This document shows positions 1 through 8,901 of a stretch of 33,769 bases of DNA, piece after piece (within the stretch, counting starts at the first letter, position 1; each line of letters starts with the position of its first letter). Source of the DNA: a virus; IMG/VR virus record IMGVR_UViG_3300045988_180636. One strand, given 5' to 3'. The notes under the pieces were generated by a model. It saw nothing but the letters and a program-made list of their open reading frames with translations. It searched no databases and was not told the DNA's origin. The position numbers and the translations under genes are program-made.

Positions 1-933
1 AATGCCACTACACAGAAAGAGATAGAAGAGTGTACGACAGAAATCGACAAAATTCTTATGAAGGAAGATATACACATGGTACGTCCGAACTTCACAAAAG
101 GTCTGAAGTCTAAGCCTAAGAAGAAAAAGAGACACTTTGAGAATGAAGCTGAATTAGAGTTGTACCGTCAGAAACAGATTCTTGCGTCACAGGAGCGTAG
201 GGAACTGGAAGAGAAGATATATTTACCATTGGAGTGTACCATGGATAAATTAGCGGATGTTATCAAGGCACACTTAGAGAGAGCCGACAGAACCAAAATG
301 ATAACATTCACGGATATATTGAACCGTATTCCAAAAGGAATTAAAGCGGATTACAACCGTATTGAAGCCATTAAGAAAGTCGGCATTGAAGGTAATAATG
401 AACTGAATAAGATTTATTCTAAGTATGCTAATGGAGATATTACCTATGATGAAATGTACGAACAGAAGCAGAATACAATTCAAAATATCCTGAATAAGAT
501 TCGATACACCGACATTGACGCTGAAATCGAAAGAAAAATTACAACATGGGATATTCAGAAGTTGATCCGTGATGTTTACGATATACACCCACGCAAGGAC
601 AAACACGGTAAATTTGTCAGGGATGAAAAGACAGGTAAAGGCATTATGGACGATAAGAGAGATAAGAGACTTGTCGGAGATAGAAAGAAACAGTGTGTCG
701 GTCAGAAGTTATTACAGTGGATATATGAAGTTTATCCAAAAGAATTTATTGCAGCTATAAGACAGAACAAAGGTACAGTTACGGAACTGGAAGAGGTTAC
801 ACCAGAAAATGAGACAAGTTCCAAAACTTCAATCAATAGTCTTAAAGACCTGAATAAATGGTTGGAAGATGATGGAGAGATATACGAACTGTACGGCAAG
901 AAATATAGAATTAAGACAAAAAGTAAACAGTAA
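1..933 (+). CDS. C-terminal part of the YonO/RdRP-like single-subunit RNA polymerase; continues from 31084..33769 across the circular junction (nt 1-55 duplicate 33715-33769)
   Basis: Frame of 31084.. runs to 33769 with one nt left over. Position 33769 equals position 55, so the codon c-tt is completed at 56-57 and continues in frame with the listed ORF 58..933, with stop TAA at 931-933. Confidence 0.7.
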   Translation, partial: NATTQKEIEECTTEIDKILMKEDIHMVRPNFTKGLKSKPKKKKRHFENEAELELYRQKQILASQERRELEEKIYLPLECTMDKLADVIKAHLERADRTKMITFTDILNRIPKGIKADYNRIEAIKKVGIEGNNELNKIYSKYANGDITYDEMYEQKQNTIQNILNKIRYTDIDAEIERKITTWDIQKLIRDVYDIHPRKDKHGKFVRDEKTGKGIMDDKRDKRLVGDRKKQCVGQKLLQWIYEVYPKEFIAAIRQNKGTVTELEEVTPENETSSKTSINSLKDLNKWLEDDGEIYELYGKKYRIKTKSKQ

Positions 934-951
934 TTATTGAACAAGTGAGAG

Positions 952-984
952 GGTGTACGGTGTAATGCCGTACACCTGTTTTAT
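952..984 (+). terminator. Rho-independent terminator after the RNA polymerase gene
   Basis: 9-bp stem GGTGTACGG / CCGTACACC (952-960 / 968-976) followed by TGTTTTAT. Confidence 0.7.
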
Positions 985-1203
985 ACCCTTAAAGAAAATT
1001 CCCCATGTGTCAATAAATGATGTTCAAAAAATGCAAGAAAAATATACAAAATCGAATATTTGTTCTTTTGAACATATTGCACTATATGGTATATAAAAAC
1101 AATAATTATAACACTACATAGTTGTATATGTCAAGTGTAAATAATTACTGAAAAATAATGGTTTCGCTTGTGCAATATTACATAATCGAAAGGATGGCAA
1201 ATT

Positions 1204-1392
1204 ATGTCACAGGAAGATTTACGAACCAGACTTTTGAGTATCATCCATAATGAGGGTGTGAACCAGAAGTTTATTGCAAAACAAGCAAAAATCAGTGAGG
1301 GGTTACTATCCAGATTCAAGAACCAAAAAGCTGAACTGGATTTAATCGACAGAGAATCCCTTAATAACTTCCTTCAATCGAAAGGATATTAA
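1204..1392 (+). CDS. Small XRE/Cro-like helix-turn-helix regulator
   Basis: 62 aa. The segment NQKFIAKQAKISEGLLSRFKN has a typical HTH pattern. RBS AAAGGATGG lies upstream, preceded by a promoter region with GTTCAA-type operator repeats (1010-1074). Confidence 0.6.
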   Translation: MSQEDLRTRLLSIIHNEGVNQKFIAKQAKISEGLLSRFKNQKAELDLIDRESLNNFLQSKGY

Positions 1393-1973
1393 ATCGGTAT
1401 CATTATCATGTGGAAAGAAGTCTTGTATTAGACAGAAGAATCCACAGGATATAGATATAAATATGGTCTGATATATTTCAGACTTCTTCAAATTTTTCAT
1501 TGTGTTTGATGTCCTCTTTTCTGACATCCGCAAGGGTGTTTATTAAAACAATCAAACATGATCGCTTAGATTTGTATAAATCTTTGCATGGTTAAACATT
1601 AAGTTTTTTTACTTGTATTGAACCATACTATTGTGTGCTTTGTACAAAATTGAAAAACGTAAGTATGCGGAACTTTAGTTCAGTGTATTTAATTGACTAA
1701 CCATTATTTAGTTCAAATTGTACTAACATTTTTGAATTTATGCACTAAATATGTAGATATTTTTCTTCATTATTTAGCAAACAGGTTTTTGGTGGGTTTC
1801 CTGACCTCCTTTCTTAAAACTTATTGAAAGAACTCACCCTTTATTGATTATGATACGTCTGATTGGACGTTACATATATATTATTTGTGCGAACGAAAAA
1901 AATAAAATTATGGGTTCGGTGTATGCAACGATTTAGGGGCATGAATCGAAAACAGGAAATGGAGAGAATTATT

Positions 1974-2564
1974 ATGGACACAAATACAAATACAGAAGTA
2001 AATGTAGATACACAGGGTAAAGATGGGGTAACAACACCAGAAGTTGATACAACTACCAATACTACGAATGTAAATACAGAAGAGACAGTTACAATGTCTA
2101 AGACAGATTATGACCGTGCTATCCAGAGTGCAGAGGATCGAGTGAGAGGTAAACTGTCGAAAGAAATCAAGGAACTTCAGGCGAAAGTTCAGGAGTTATC
2201 CCCTGTGGAGAAAACACAGGAACAGATCGACCTTGAAAAGCGTATCGCTAAACTGGAAGAGTCCGAAAAGGAAGTTGCAGCTAGAGAGAAGAGACTTGCA
2301 TTTCAGGAAAATTTATCGAATAAGGGTATTGATAAATCACTGTTCAATTATTTAAAAGATGATACTGACGTGGACGCACTATCAAATGTCATTGACGAGA
2401 TTGTGAAAGCAAGAATGAAGTCAAATGGATATGTGCCGACTAATCATTCTTCAGATGATTCAGTGTCACAGGAAGAGTTTGATAAAATGTCATACGATAA
2501 GCGTGTGGAGATTTATCAGAAGAATCCAACTTTATATGAAAAATTGACGAAAAGATCAAGATAA
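1974..2564 (+). CDS. Capsid scaffolding protein (DUF4355-like, coiled coil)
   Basis: In-frame ATG at 1974 with RBS GGAGAG; the upstream extension to 1863 has no RBS. T/N-rich N-terminus, then a charged coiled coil (KEIKELQAKVQEL..., LEKRIAKLEESEKE). It lies immediately upstream of the capsid gene. Confidence 0.65.
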   Translation: MDTNTNTEVNVDTQGKDGVTTPEVDTTTNTTNVNTEETVTMSKTDYDRAIQSAEDRVRGKLSKEIKELQAKVQELSPVEKTQEQIDLEKRIAKLEESEKEVAAREKRLAFQENLSNKGIDKSLFNYLKDDTDVDALSNVIDEIVKARMKSNGYVPTNHSSDDSVSQEEFDKMSYDKRVEIYQKNPTLYEKLTKRSR

Positions 2565-2587
2565 AAATTTAAGAAAATAATGTGCGA

Positions 2588-2621
2588 ACACTTATGACCT
2601 GTCGGTTATAGGTGTTTTTTA
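2588..2621 (+). terminator. Terminator or attenuator hairpin between the scaffold and capsid genes
   Basis: Stem ACACTTATGACC / GGTTATAGGTGT (with G-U pairs) followed by TTTTTTATT. Confidence 0.55.
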
Positions 2622-2655
2622 TTGCACAAATACTAACGAAAGTGAGGAATTTAAC

Positions 2656-3492
2656 ATGAGCTTAGTTATTGGTTCAGTATATGCAGACGCAGTAAATAGT
2701 AAGCTGGGTACTGCTCTTAAAATGAAAGATATTGCCACAGATTATACAGATATGGTATCTGATATTCTTGTATATGGTAATGAGGTTCACTTCCCAACAT
2801 TTAATCGTCTTTCAGACGCAGAGGAAGTAACAAAGGGTACTGCTCTTGTACCAGAGGAAGTAGGTATGAGTGATAGCACTGCAAAGGTAAAGCAGACTGG
2901 TAAATCTGTTCGTATCTATGATAAGGATAAGGCACAGATCAAAGGTGCAGTTGTAGACGCTATGGCAAGCCAGACCGCAGAAGTTATGGCAAAGAAGATT
3001 GATTCTGACCTTATTTCAGAAATGGTAGATAATGCCGTTTATAAGACTGCATTACCAGGCGAACTTACAGTTACCGCTATTGATAGTGCATTTGATGTAT
3101 TCGGAGATCAGGTTCAGAACTCTAGCTTTTCTGGTATCGTGGCACACGGTAAGTTCAGAAGTGCAATTATGAGAATGGATGAATTTACAAAGATTGATAA
3201 GACATATGCTACTACTGGAAACGGCATTGTAGATGATAATAATTGCATTGGTTTCTGGAATGGTACAATCCCTGTATATCTTTCAGATCAGATGTGGGAC
3301 GCTACAAACAGTGAGCCGATTATGGCAGTTGTTAAGACAGGTGCTATCGGTTACATCATGCAGAAGGAAACTACTGTAGAGGAAGAGAGAGAAGCTAAGT
3401 TACTTGCAACAGACCTTGTAGCAAGCAACCTTTATGCAGTTAAACTCTTAGATACTAAGGGTGTATCTATCTTAAAGAAGACTATTGCCTAA
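2656..3492 (+). CDS. Major capsid protein (small HK97-fold type, N4-gp56-like family)
   Basis: 278 aa with strong RBS GAGGAA. It follows the scaffold gene. The sequence pattern (VYADAVNSKLG..., G.EVHFPTF, KSVRIYDKDKAQ) resembles the roughly 280-aa capsid proteins paired with DUF4355 scaffolds in Firmicutes phages. Confidence 0.7.
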   Translation: MSLVIGSVYADAVNSKLGTALKMKDIATDYTDMVSDILVYGNEVHFPTFNRLSDAEEVTKGTALVPEEVGMSDSTAKVKQTGKSVRIYDKDKAQIKGAVVDAMASQTAEVMAKKIDSDLISEMVDNAVYKTALPGELTVTAIDSAFDVFGDQVQNSSFSGIVAHGKFRSAIMRMDEFTKIDKTYATTGNGIVDDNNCIGFWNGTIPVYLSDQMWDATNSEPIMAVVKTGAIGYIMQKETTVEEEREAKLLATDLVASNLYAVKLLDTKGVSILKKTIA

Positions 3493-3629
3493 GAGCAAAT
3501 GGATAATCTCATAGACTTTCATAGTCTGTGATTTTTTCATATATCAGGGGTGTGATGTTGTATCACATGGTATGATGTTGCACCCCTACTCTTTAAGGCA
3601 ATTTTTATTTTAACGAAAGGACAGTATAA

Positions 3630-3983
3630 ATGCTAAGACCTAGTGATTTAAAAGAATATAGACTATTAAGAGGTCTGTCGCAGAGGGATGTTGCTATGTA
3701 CTGTGATATTACTTCACAGTTAATTGGAGACATTGAACTAGGACAGAGAAATCTTACAGAGTATAATTATCAGGAAATCGTGAAGGGTATCAATGCAGCG
3801 TCACAGGCGAAAGCCAGAGGAACATTTGAAGCTGATAAAAAGCGTCTTATGAAAACTGAAAACGATTATGAGAAAAATCGTCAGAAAGAAAAACGTGCAG
3901 CCGAAAAAGCAAAGACTACTACTACACGAAAGAAAACTACTACGAAACCAACCGCCAGTAAGAAGGTTTCAGATTCAAAATAA
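3630..3983 (+). CDS. XRE-family HTH protein with a K/T-rich basic tail
   Basis: LRGLSQRDVAMYCDITSQLIGDIELGQRN is an HTH_3-type motif. RBS GAAAGGA. Confidence 0.6.
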   Translation: MLRPSDLKEYRLLRGLSQRDVAMYCDITSQLIGDIELGQRNLTEYNYQEIVKGINAASQAKARGTFEADKKRLMKTENDYEKNRQKEKRAAEKAKTTTTRKKTTTKPTASKKVSDSK

Positions 3984-4020
3984 AGGGGGTTACAGTGTTT
4001 CGTATTAGAAAAAATTGTAA

Positions 4021-4869
4021 TTGTGGGTACTTACAAAGTACCGAAACACGATTACAACAATGTATAAATTTGATGAAAAAGAAAGTCATATCAAACAAGA
4101 TTTATTGAACAAATTTCCTGAATGGTATAAGGATTTGAATAAGGAAGATTACTATTTAGTTCTCACAGATGATTGTGATTCCTTATTCAGTTGCAAGAGA
4201 TTAAATACACTCTTCGGTTTAGAAATAGGCGGTTTTTATGATTTTAGAAGCGGTCTATGGTTGAATGAAGAGAAAACAGATTCAGGGTGGAAAACACCTA
4301 TCTTTGTTGACCTGTCGGTAGGTCAGGATAAATTATGTTTTGATAATCACAGAACATTTCTGAAGAACCCTAACAGGGTTAATCCGAACAATATTCCAAA
4401 AGCAAGATTTAATGAAAAATATAACTTCGGTACGATTACACTTGTGTCCGCTTTATATGGCGGTGTGGATCGTATGAATGAAGAGTTGAGAACAATGTTA
4501 CTTGCCGTTGATGGTGGCTTTATCGGTTACTACAACAAAGGCGGTAAATATTCTCATATCAATCTGTACTGGTTGGAGAAGTTAGGTCTGACAGAGTACC
4601 TTGTACCGATTCTTGAAAAGCACGATATGAAATACTTTCAGGATTTTTCGGTAGAGAATGGCTTGTATGACAAGATAACTATTACACCAGACGGATATTT
4701 AGACACACCGACTTATCGTGTACCAGAATATCAATTTGAATTGGTGCAACCGATACAGAAAGTCTTTGCGTCAAAGTATGAAGTGACGCAACGTATCAAA
4801 AGGAATGAAAAAATAATTGTAAGTGCAGAGACATACGAAAATGAGTATGTTTTGAATATCGCAGTATAG
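4021..4869 (+). CDS. Hypothetical protein (start uncertain: TTG 4021 or ATG 4060)
   Basis: Long ORF with protein-like composition and no motif I can name. An in-frame TAA at 4018 limits the N-terminus. Confidence 0.55.
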   Translation: MWVLTKYRNTITTMYKFDEKESHIKQDLLNKFPEWYKDLNKEDYYLVLTDDCDSLFSCKRLNTLFGLEIGGFYDFRSGLWLNEEKTDSGWKTPIFVDLSVGQDKLCFDNHRTFLKNPNRVNPNNIPKARFNEKYNFGTITLVSALYGGVDRMNEELRTMLLAVDGGFIGYYNKGGKYSHINLYWLEKLGLTEYLVPILEKHDMKYFQDFSVENGLYDKITITPDGYLDTPTYRVPEYQFELVQPIQKVFASKYEVTQRIKRNEKIIVSAETYENEYVLNIAV

Positions 4870-4906
4870 ATAGCGAAATTTATAGGATTAAAAGGAGAAT
4901 TTTATA

Positions 4907-5146
4907 ATGACAAGAGAAGAATATGTAATTTTCAGAGACGAAGTTTTAATGAAGAGATTTTACTGGTGTTATTCAATCGCAGAGAGAAAGTACCTCACAG
5001 AAAAAGGTTACAAGTACCTTTTCAGATGTACCCACTATAAGTCTGATAAATTCTTTTGGGTGTTCGATAAGACAGATGATCTTATGAATGATGTAAAAAT
5101 CTGGAAAGACGAACACAAAAAGAAAGTGAGTGAAGCGGTTGAGTGA
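4907..5146 (+). CDS. Hypothetical small protein
   Basis: 79 aa with RBS AAAGGAGAA 8 nt upstream. Confidence 0.6.
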   Translation: MTREEYVIFRDEVLMKRFYWCYSIAERKYLTEKGYKYLFRCTHYKSDKFFWVFDKTDDLMNDVKIWKDEHKKKVSEAVE

Positions 5147-5402
5147 TAATCTCACACAGAAAGAGATTCAGGATCGGTACGGTCATGGATTATCTGAAGA
5201 TAAGATAGTGTCATTATATCCCTACGAAAAGGGAGAATTAAATATAGAAGAGTATAGCGGTCAGGATTATATGACAACGTATGATCTGTTGACCGCCTAT
5301 GCCCTTCGGCAAAAGTACCCTGTCATGGTATGGGGGAAGATAAGAAAAAATCACAGAGCATTTGTGTTCAAAAAGAAGAAGCCTGTCATGTTGGCTTTTT
5401 GA
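5130..5402 (+). CDS. Hypothetical protein (GTG start, overlaps the preceding stop)
   Basis: 90-aa ORF with a weak RBS. Its position in the operon is consistent with coupling. Confidence 0.4.
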   Translation: MKRLSDNLTQKEIQDRYGHGLSEDKIVSLYPYEKGELNIEEYSGQDYMTTYDLLTAYALRQKYPVMVWGKIRKNHRAFVFKKKKPVMLAF

Positions 5403-5424
5403 TTTATTGAACAATATTAAGTGA

Positions 5425-5727
5425 ATGAAAGGACAGTTTCATAAGTTGGAAAATAATAAAAGAAATAATAGAGAAAGCAGACCTAGATTCATGGGTTATG
5501 TTACAAACTGGAATAGCGAAAGAGGTTACGGATTTATCCGTTGTTATGATGATGGAGAATCTTATTATTGTAGCCAGAAGGTTATCAATGGAGAACCATA
5601 TTTAAGAAAAGGAACTATTGTCAGTGTGATGATTGGACACGGCAAAGACAGAGAAGGAAATCCGTCAACTTATGTTGCAGATTTACTTGTAGTTGAAGTG
5701 CCAGAAGAAAGACACACACGATACTAA
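5425..5727 (+). CDS. Divergent cold-shock-domain (OB-fold) protein
   Basis: GYVTNWNSERGYGFIRC...YYCSQKVI...LRKGTIVSV matches the CSD pattern G.V.WFn.e.GyGFI...vFvH.s.i...L.eGq.V. Confidence 0.5.
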   Translation: MKGQFHKLENNKRNNRESRPRFMGYVTNWNSERGYGFIRCYDDGESYYCSQKVINGEPYLRKGTIVSVMIGHGKDREGNPSTYVADLLVVEVPEERHTRY

Positions 5728-5745
5728 GGAAAGGTGGTGGATAAT

Positions 5746-5850
5746 ATGAAAATGACACACGTTCATATGGCTTGTGGTGGTAGCAATACTAAATTAAGTA
5801 ATAATGAAGCATTGAATAAGCTTGTGCAGATTTTAGCAGCTAAAAAATAA
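5746..5850 (+). CDS. 34-aa peptide ORF directly upstream of the radical SAM gene (candidate precursor or substrate peptide)
   Basis: ATG 5746 is preceded by GGAAAGGTGGTGG. Translation is MKMTHVHMACGGSNTKLSNNEALNKLVQILAAKK. Too short for the supplied ORF track. It ends 23 nt before the radical SAM start. Confidence 0.45.
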   Translation: MKMTHVHMACGGSNTKLSNNEALNKLVQILAAKK

Positions 5851-5873
5851 TTGATTAAAAGGAGTAAAAATAT

Positions 5874-6974
5874 ATGAAAAGAATCACATGGGATTTTCTA
5901 TCAGTTGAGTTGACAAGAAAATGTCAATTAAATTGCAAACATTGTTTTAGGGGTAAGTCACAGAATCTTACCATTTCAAAAGAGACTATAGATAAATTTC
6001 TTAGTCAAACAGAAATTATCGGTTATCTTCACTTTACTGGTGGAGAGCCGACATTAGCAATAGAGGAAATGCGATACTTTTTAGATTGCTTATATAAGTA
6101 TCGCATACCTCTTTTTCATCTTCAGATCATCACAAATGGATATACTAAATCAGAAGAATTTGTACAGGTGGTAAAAGATTATTCAGATATGATTAGATTG
6201 TGTTATATGGACGCTGAAGTAGATATGAAATATTATGTCACAATCGGAGTATCAGTTGATAGATACCATGTAGGTTATGATCCTAAAGAAGCACTTGAAT
6301 ACTATAAGGAAGAGTTAGAAGGATATGCAAAAGTTATTCCTATGACAGATGGCAATATTCCATTTAAAACAGGAAACGGAACAACACTTCTTGAAGCTAT
6401 TCCAGAAATTGATAAACAGGAATTAGATACAAGAATTGAAATTTTATCTAAGGATTTTAAACCTATGTGTCCGCAATATAAAACATATAAACTTTTACAT
6501 GATGAACAGGTATATGTTGTATGCGAAATGAGTTTATCTGCTAAAGGTAATGTAACACTATATAGAATTTGTTCAAATAATGATTATAAATTTGAGGATT
6601 TAGCAAACCAGAATGTATGTAATGTATATGAAACAGATTCAATATACGATTCTATTATTGAATATAACAAGGGTAAAAAATCTTGTTTGGAGAAAATGAG
6701 AGAAGAAAAGATACGGACTAAAGAAAGAGAAAATGATTCAAAATATAAGGCAAAATTATTTAGAAGTATCTGGAATTATATAAAAGTTGTAGGAGATAAT
6801 GCAGCTACGGAAGATATAGTTACATTACTTGCGGATAAAAAGATTACTGATCCTGTAGAGGACGCAGATCAGAGATTGGACGGAAATCTTATACAGATTA
6901 GTGATATTGAACCTGAAAGCATTGTTGACATTATGAAAGATGTTGAAAATTTTGAATATGGAAAAGAGGAATAA
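5874..6974 (+). CDS. Radical SAM enzyme (paralog 1, 366 aa)
   Basis: Canonical CX3CX2C cluster motif in LTRKCQLNCKHCFRG, followed by the GGEP SAM-binding motif (HFTGGEPTL) and ITNG. RBS AAAGGAG. Confidence 0.8.
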   Translation: MKRITWDFLSVELTRKCQLNCKHCFRGKSQNLTISKETIDKFLSQTEIIGYLHFTGGEPTLAIEEMRYFLDCLYKYRIPLFHLQIITNGYTKSEEFVQVVKDYSDMIRLCYMDAEVDMKYYVTIGVSVDRYHVGYDPKEALEYYKEELEGYAKVIPMTDGNIPFKTGNGTTLLEAIPEIDKQELDTRIEILSKDFKPMCPQYKTYKLLHDEQVYVVCEMSLSAKGNVTLYRICSNNDYKFEDLANQNVCNVYETDSIYDSIIEYNKGKKSCLEKMREEKIRTKERENDSKYKAKLFRSIWNYIKVVGDNAATEDIVTLLADKKITDPVEDADQRLDGNLIQISDIEPESIVDIMKDVENFEYGKEE

Positions 6975-6975
6975 T

Positions 6976-7341
6976 ATGGAAAATTTAGATTTTAGAAAAC
7001 CTGATATGGATAATCTTATACAGAAAAGTTATAGTGATTTTTGCAAAGAAAGATATGAGAATCATGTTTCTTTGATGAATAGAGTACATAAAAAAGTAAA
7101 TGAAAGTATGGAAAATGTAAGGTCACGATTCCGTGTAGAAGTGATTGAGCGATATATGGAATGGTTAGAAGGATGGTTTACAAGTATAAATGAACAAGAA
7201 TCAGATATTGTACTTATGACATTCGGAGATACATTAAGAACTGCAAGAGACTATATGAATGGTAAAGGTGAGCTTGTAGAGAAAAATACGGAAATTTTAT
7301 CGAAGATGATTGAAGAAAAATCAAAGGAGTATGATTATTGA
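6976..7341 (+). CDS. Hypothetical helical protein in the radical SAM cassette
   Basis: Internal ATG 6976 with RBS AAGAGGA, 2 nt after the upstream stop. 121 aa, acidic and helical in composition. Confidence 0.55.
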   Translation: MENLDFRKPDMDNLIQKSYSDFCKERYENHVSLMNRVHKKVNESMENVRSRFRVEVIERYMEWLEGWFTSINEQESDIVLMTFGDTLRTARDYMNGKGELVEKNTEILSKMIEEKSKEYDY

Positions 7342-7865
7342 TGAAAGAGATATTTAATAAAAAAGATTTACAGTTTTTAGGAAAAGCATTTAAGAATCCT
7401 GAATTTGCAAAAGCGTTTATTGTATCAATGATGAAGGATGAAGATTATCAGGAACTAAAAGATTTATATACAAAACTTGATAAAAAGGATATTGAAATTG
7501 AAAATAATCTTAACAATATAATTCTTGCTTCAAAATTAGAAGAACCGGCTGTTACACCAGAAGAGAGAGTACGACAAAATTCTGAAAAGTTAGGTGTACT
7601 GTTTGGAGAATTGTTAGGAAAAATTATTACAGGAAAAAGTATGGGTACTTCATTAAAAGATTATGAAAATCGTGTACCTGTATTACTTCAGGAAAGAGCA
7701 GCTATTATAGATGAAATTAGTACATTATATGATAGTTACAAGGAAGCCTACAACAAAGAAATCAATAGTCAGGAAACAAGAGATATGTTGCTTATGGCTT
7801 TTGGTAAAAAAGATGGAGATATGGAAGGAGAACTTTTAGAATGGATAATGAGACTCCAAAAATAG
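7338..7865 (+). CDS. Hypothetical helical protein in the radical SAM cassette
   Basis: ATGA-type overlap with the preceding stop. 175 aa. Confidence 0.55.
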   Translation: MMKEIFNKKDLQFLGKAFKNPEFAKAFIVSMMKDEDYQELKDLYTKLDKKDIEIENNLNNIILASKLEEPAVTPEERVRQNSEKLGVLFGELLGKIITGKSMGTSLKDYENRVPVLLQERAAIIDEISTLYDSYKEAYNKEINSQETRDMLLMAFGKKDGDMEGELLEWIMRLQK

Positions 7866-8368
7866 CAATGACTTCTATTTATCTTGAAATCACAAGACAG
7901 TGCAACCTTCAGTGTAAGCACTGTCTCCGTGGTGATCCACAGAATATGAGTATGAGCAATAATCAGATAGATAGAATATTAGATAATTTTAATTGGATAG
8001 ACAAGGTTTTTATTGGTGGTGGCGAACCATTTCTTGCTAAAGATTCTATATCCCATTTGTTATCAGAATTAAAAAACAAAATTGAAAAAGGAAAATTTGT
8101 GTGTAGGTGTGTAGGACTTATTACAAACGGTACACAAAGAGACAAGGAAGTGATTACACTTCTAAATGAAATGGGAAAATATCTTAGTGATAAATGGTAT
8201 AAAGAAGATACAAAAACTATTAGCATAGGAATTTCAAAAGATGAATTTCACGATAACAATAGTGAAAATGCTATGGAATGGTTTAAATCTGAATGTGACG
8301 AAAGATATATTAGTTTACATTTTAATGAATTAGATATAGATAAAAGAACAAAAAAAACCAATAATTGA
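7841..8368 (+). CDS. Radical SAM enzyme paralog 2, N-terminal core only (ends just after an A8 tract)
   Basis: ITRQCNLQCKHCLRG (CX3CX2C), FIGGGEPFL and ITNG, collinear with the first 175 aa of 5874..6974. RBS GGAAGGAGAA. Confidence 0.75.
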   Translation: MDNETPKIAMTSIYLEITRQCNLQCKHCLRGDPQNMSMSNNQIDRILDNFNWIDKVFIGGGEPFLAKDSISHLLSELKNKIEKGKFVCRCVGLITNGTQRDKEVITLLNEMGKYLSDKWYKEDTKTISIGISKDEFHDNNSENAMEWFKSECDERYISLHFNELDIDKRTKKTNN

Positions 8369-8438
8369 AGAGTGCGAAAGAGCAATAAAAAATAACTTAC
8401 AGTATAGTAAAAGATATGGAATATCAGAACTTCATAGG

Positions 8439-8897
8439 GTGGAGTTATACAAAAATACTTTATTCAAGTTTAATAAAAATGATCCAAACGAAGAACCCAA
8501 AATTTTATATGATGGAGATTGTTTAGCTTTTACTTGTACAGATTTATTTCTAAAAGGTGGTTTCTATGGATATGCAGAAATTGACAAACCTGATTATCCT
8601 TTTATTCTTGGAAATTATATGAAAGAATCTGTGTTTGATATGATAATAAATTGGAATACATTACATCCACTTTTAGAACAACAGGCTATAATTTATGAAA
8701 ATTTAGTAAAACGTGGAATGACACAGAAGGATAAAGAAAAACATATAATAAGATTCCATGAAAAGGAAGATGAAGTGCGAAAACAATTATCAGAAAATAA
8801 GGACAACAGGGATGTATGGGATATTTACAAAGAAGTATTTCATTATGATTTTGCACCAGAAGAAATACAGGAAATAAAGAATTTTAGAAAGCAGTGA
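8439..8897 (+). CDS. C-terminal half of radical SAM paralog 2 (separate frame; this frame is open from 8340)
   Basis: KILYDGDCLAFTCTDLFLKGGFYGY and GNYMKESVFDMIINWN align with KLLHDEQVYVVCEMSLSAKGNVTLY and CNVYETDSIYDSIIEYN of paralog 1. The listed GTG start has no RBS. Confidence 0.6.
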   Translation: MELYKNTLFKFNKNDPNEEPKILYDGDCLAFTCTDLFLKGGFYGYAEIDKPDYPFILGNYMKESVFDMIINWNTLHPLLEQQAIIYENLVKRGMTQKDKEKHIIRFHEKEDEVRKQLSENKDNRDVWDIYKEVFHYDFAPEEIQEIKNFRKQ

Positions 8898-8901
8898 TAT
8901 T

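Noticed and set aside
1863-1973. Upstream 37-codon extension of the scaffold ORF (start at 1863)
   Set aside because: There is no RBS at 1863, whereas the internal ATG 1974 has GGAGAG at optimal distance. The extension sequence (MDVTYILFVRTKKIKLWVRC...) is not protein-like.
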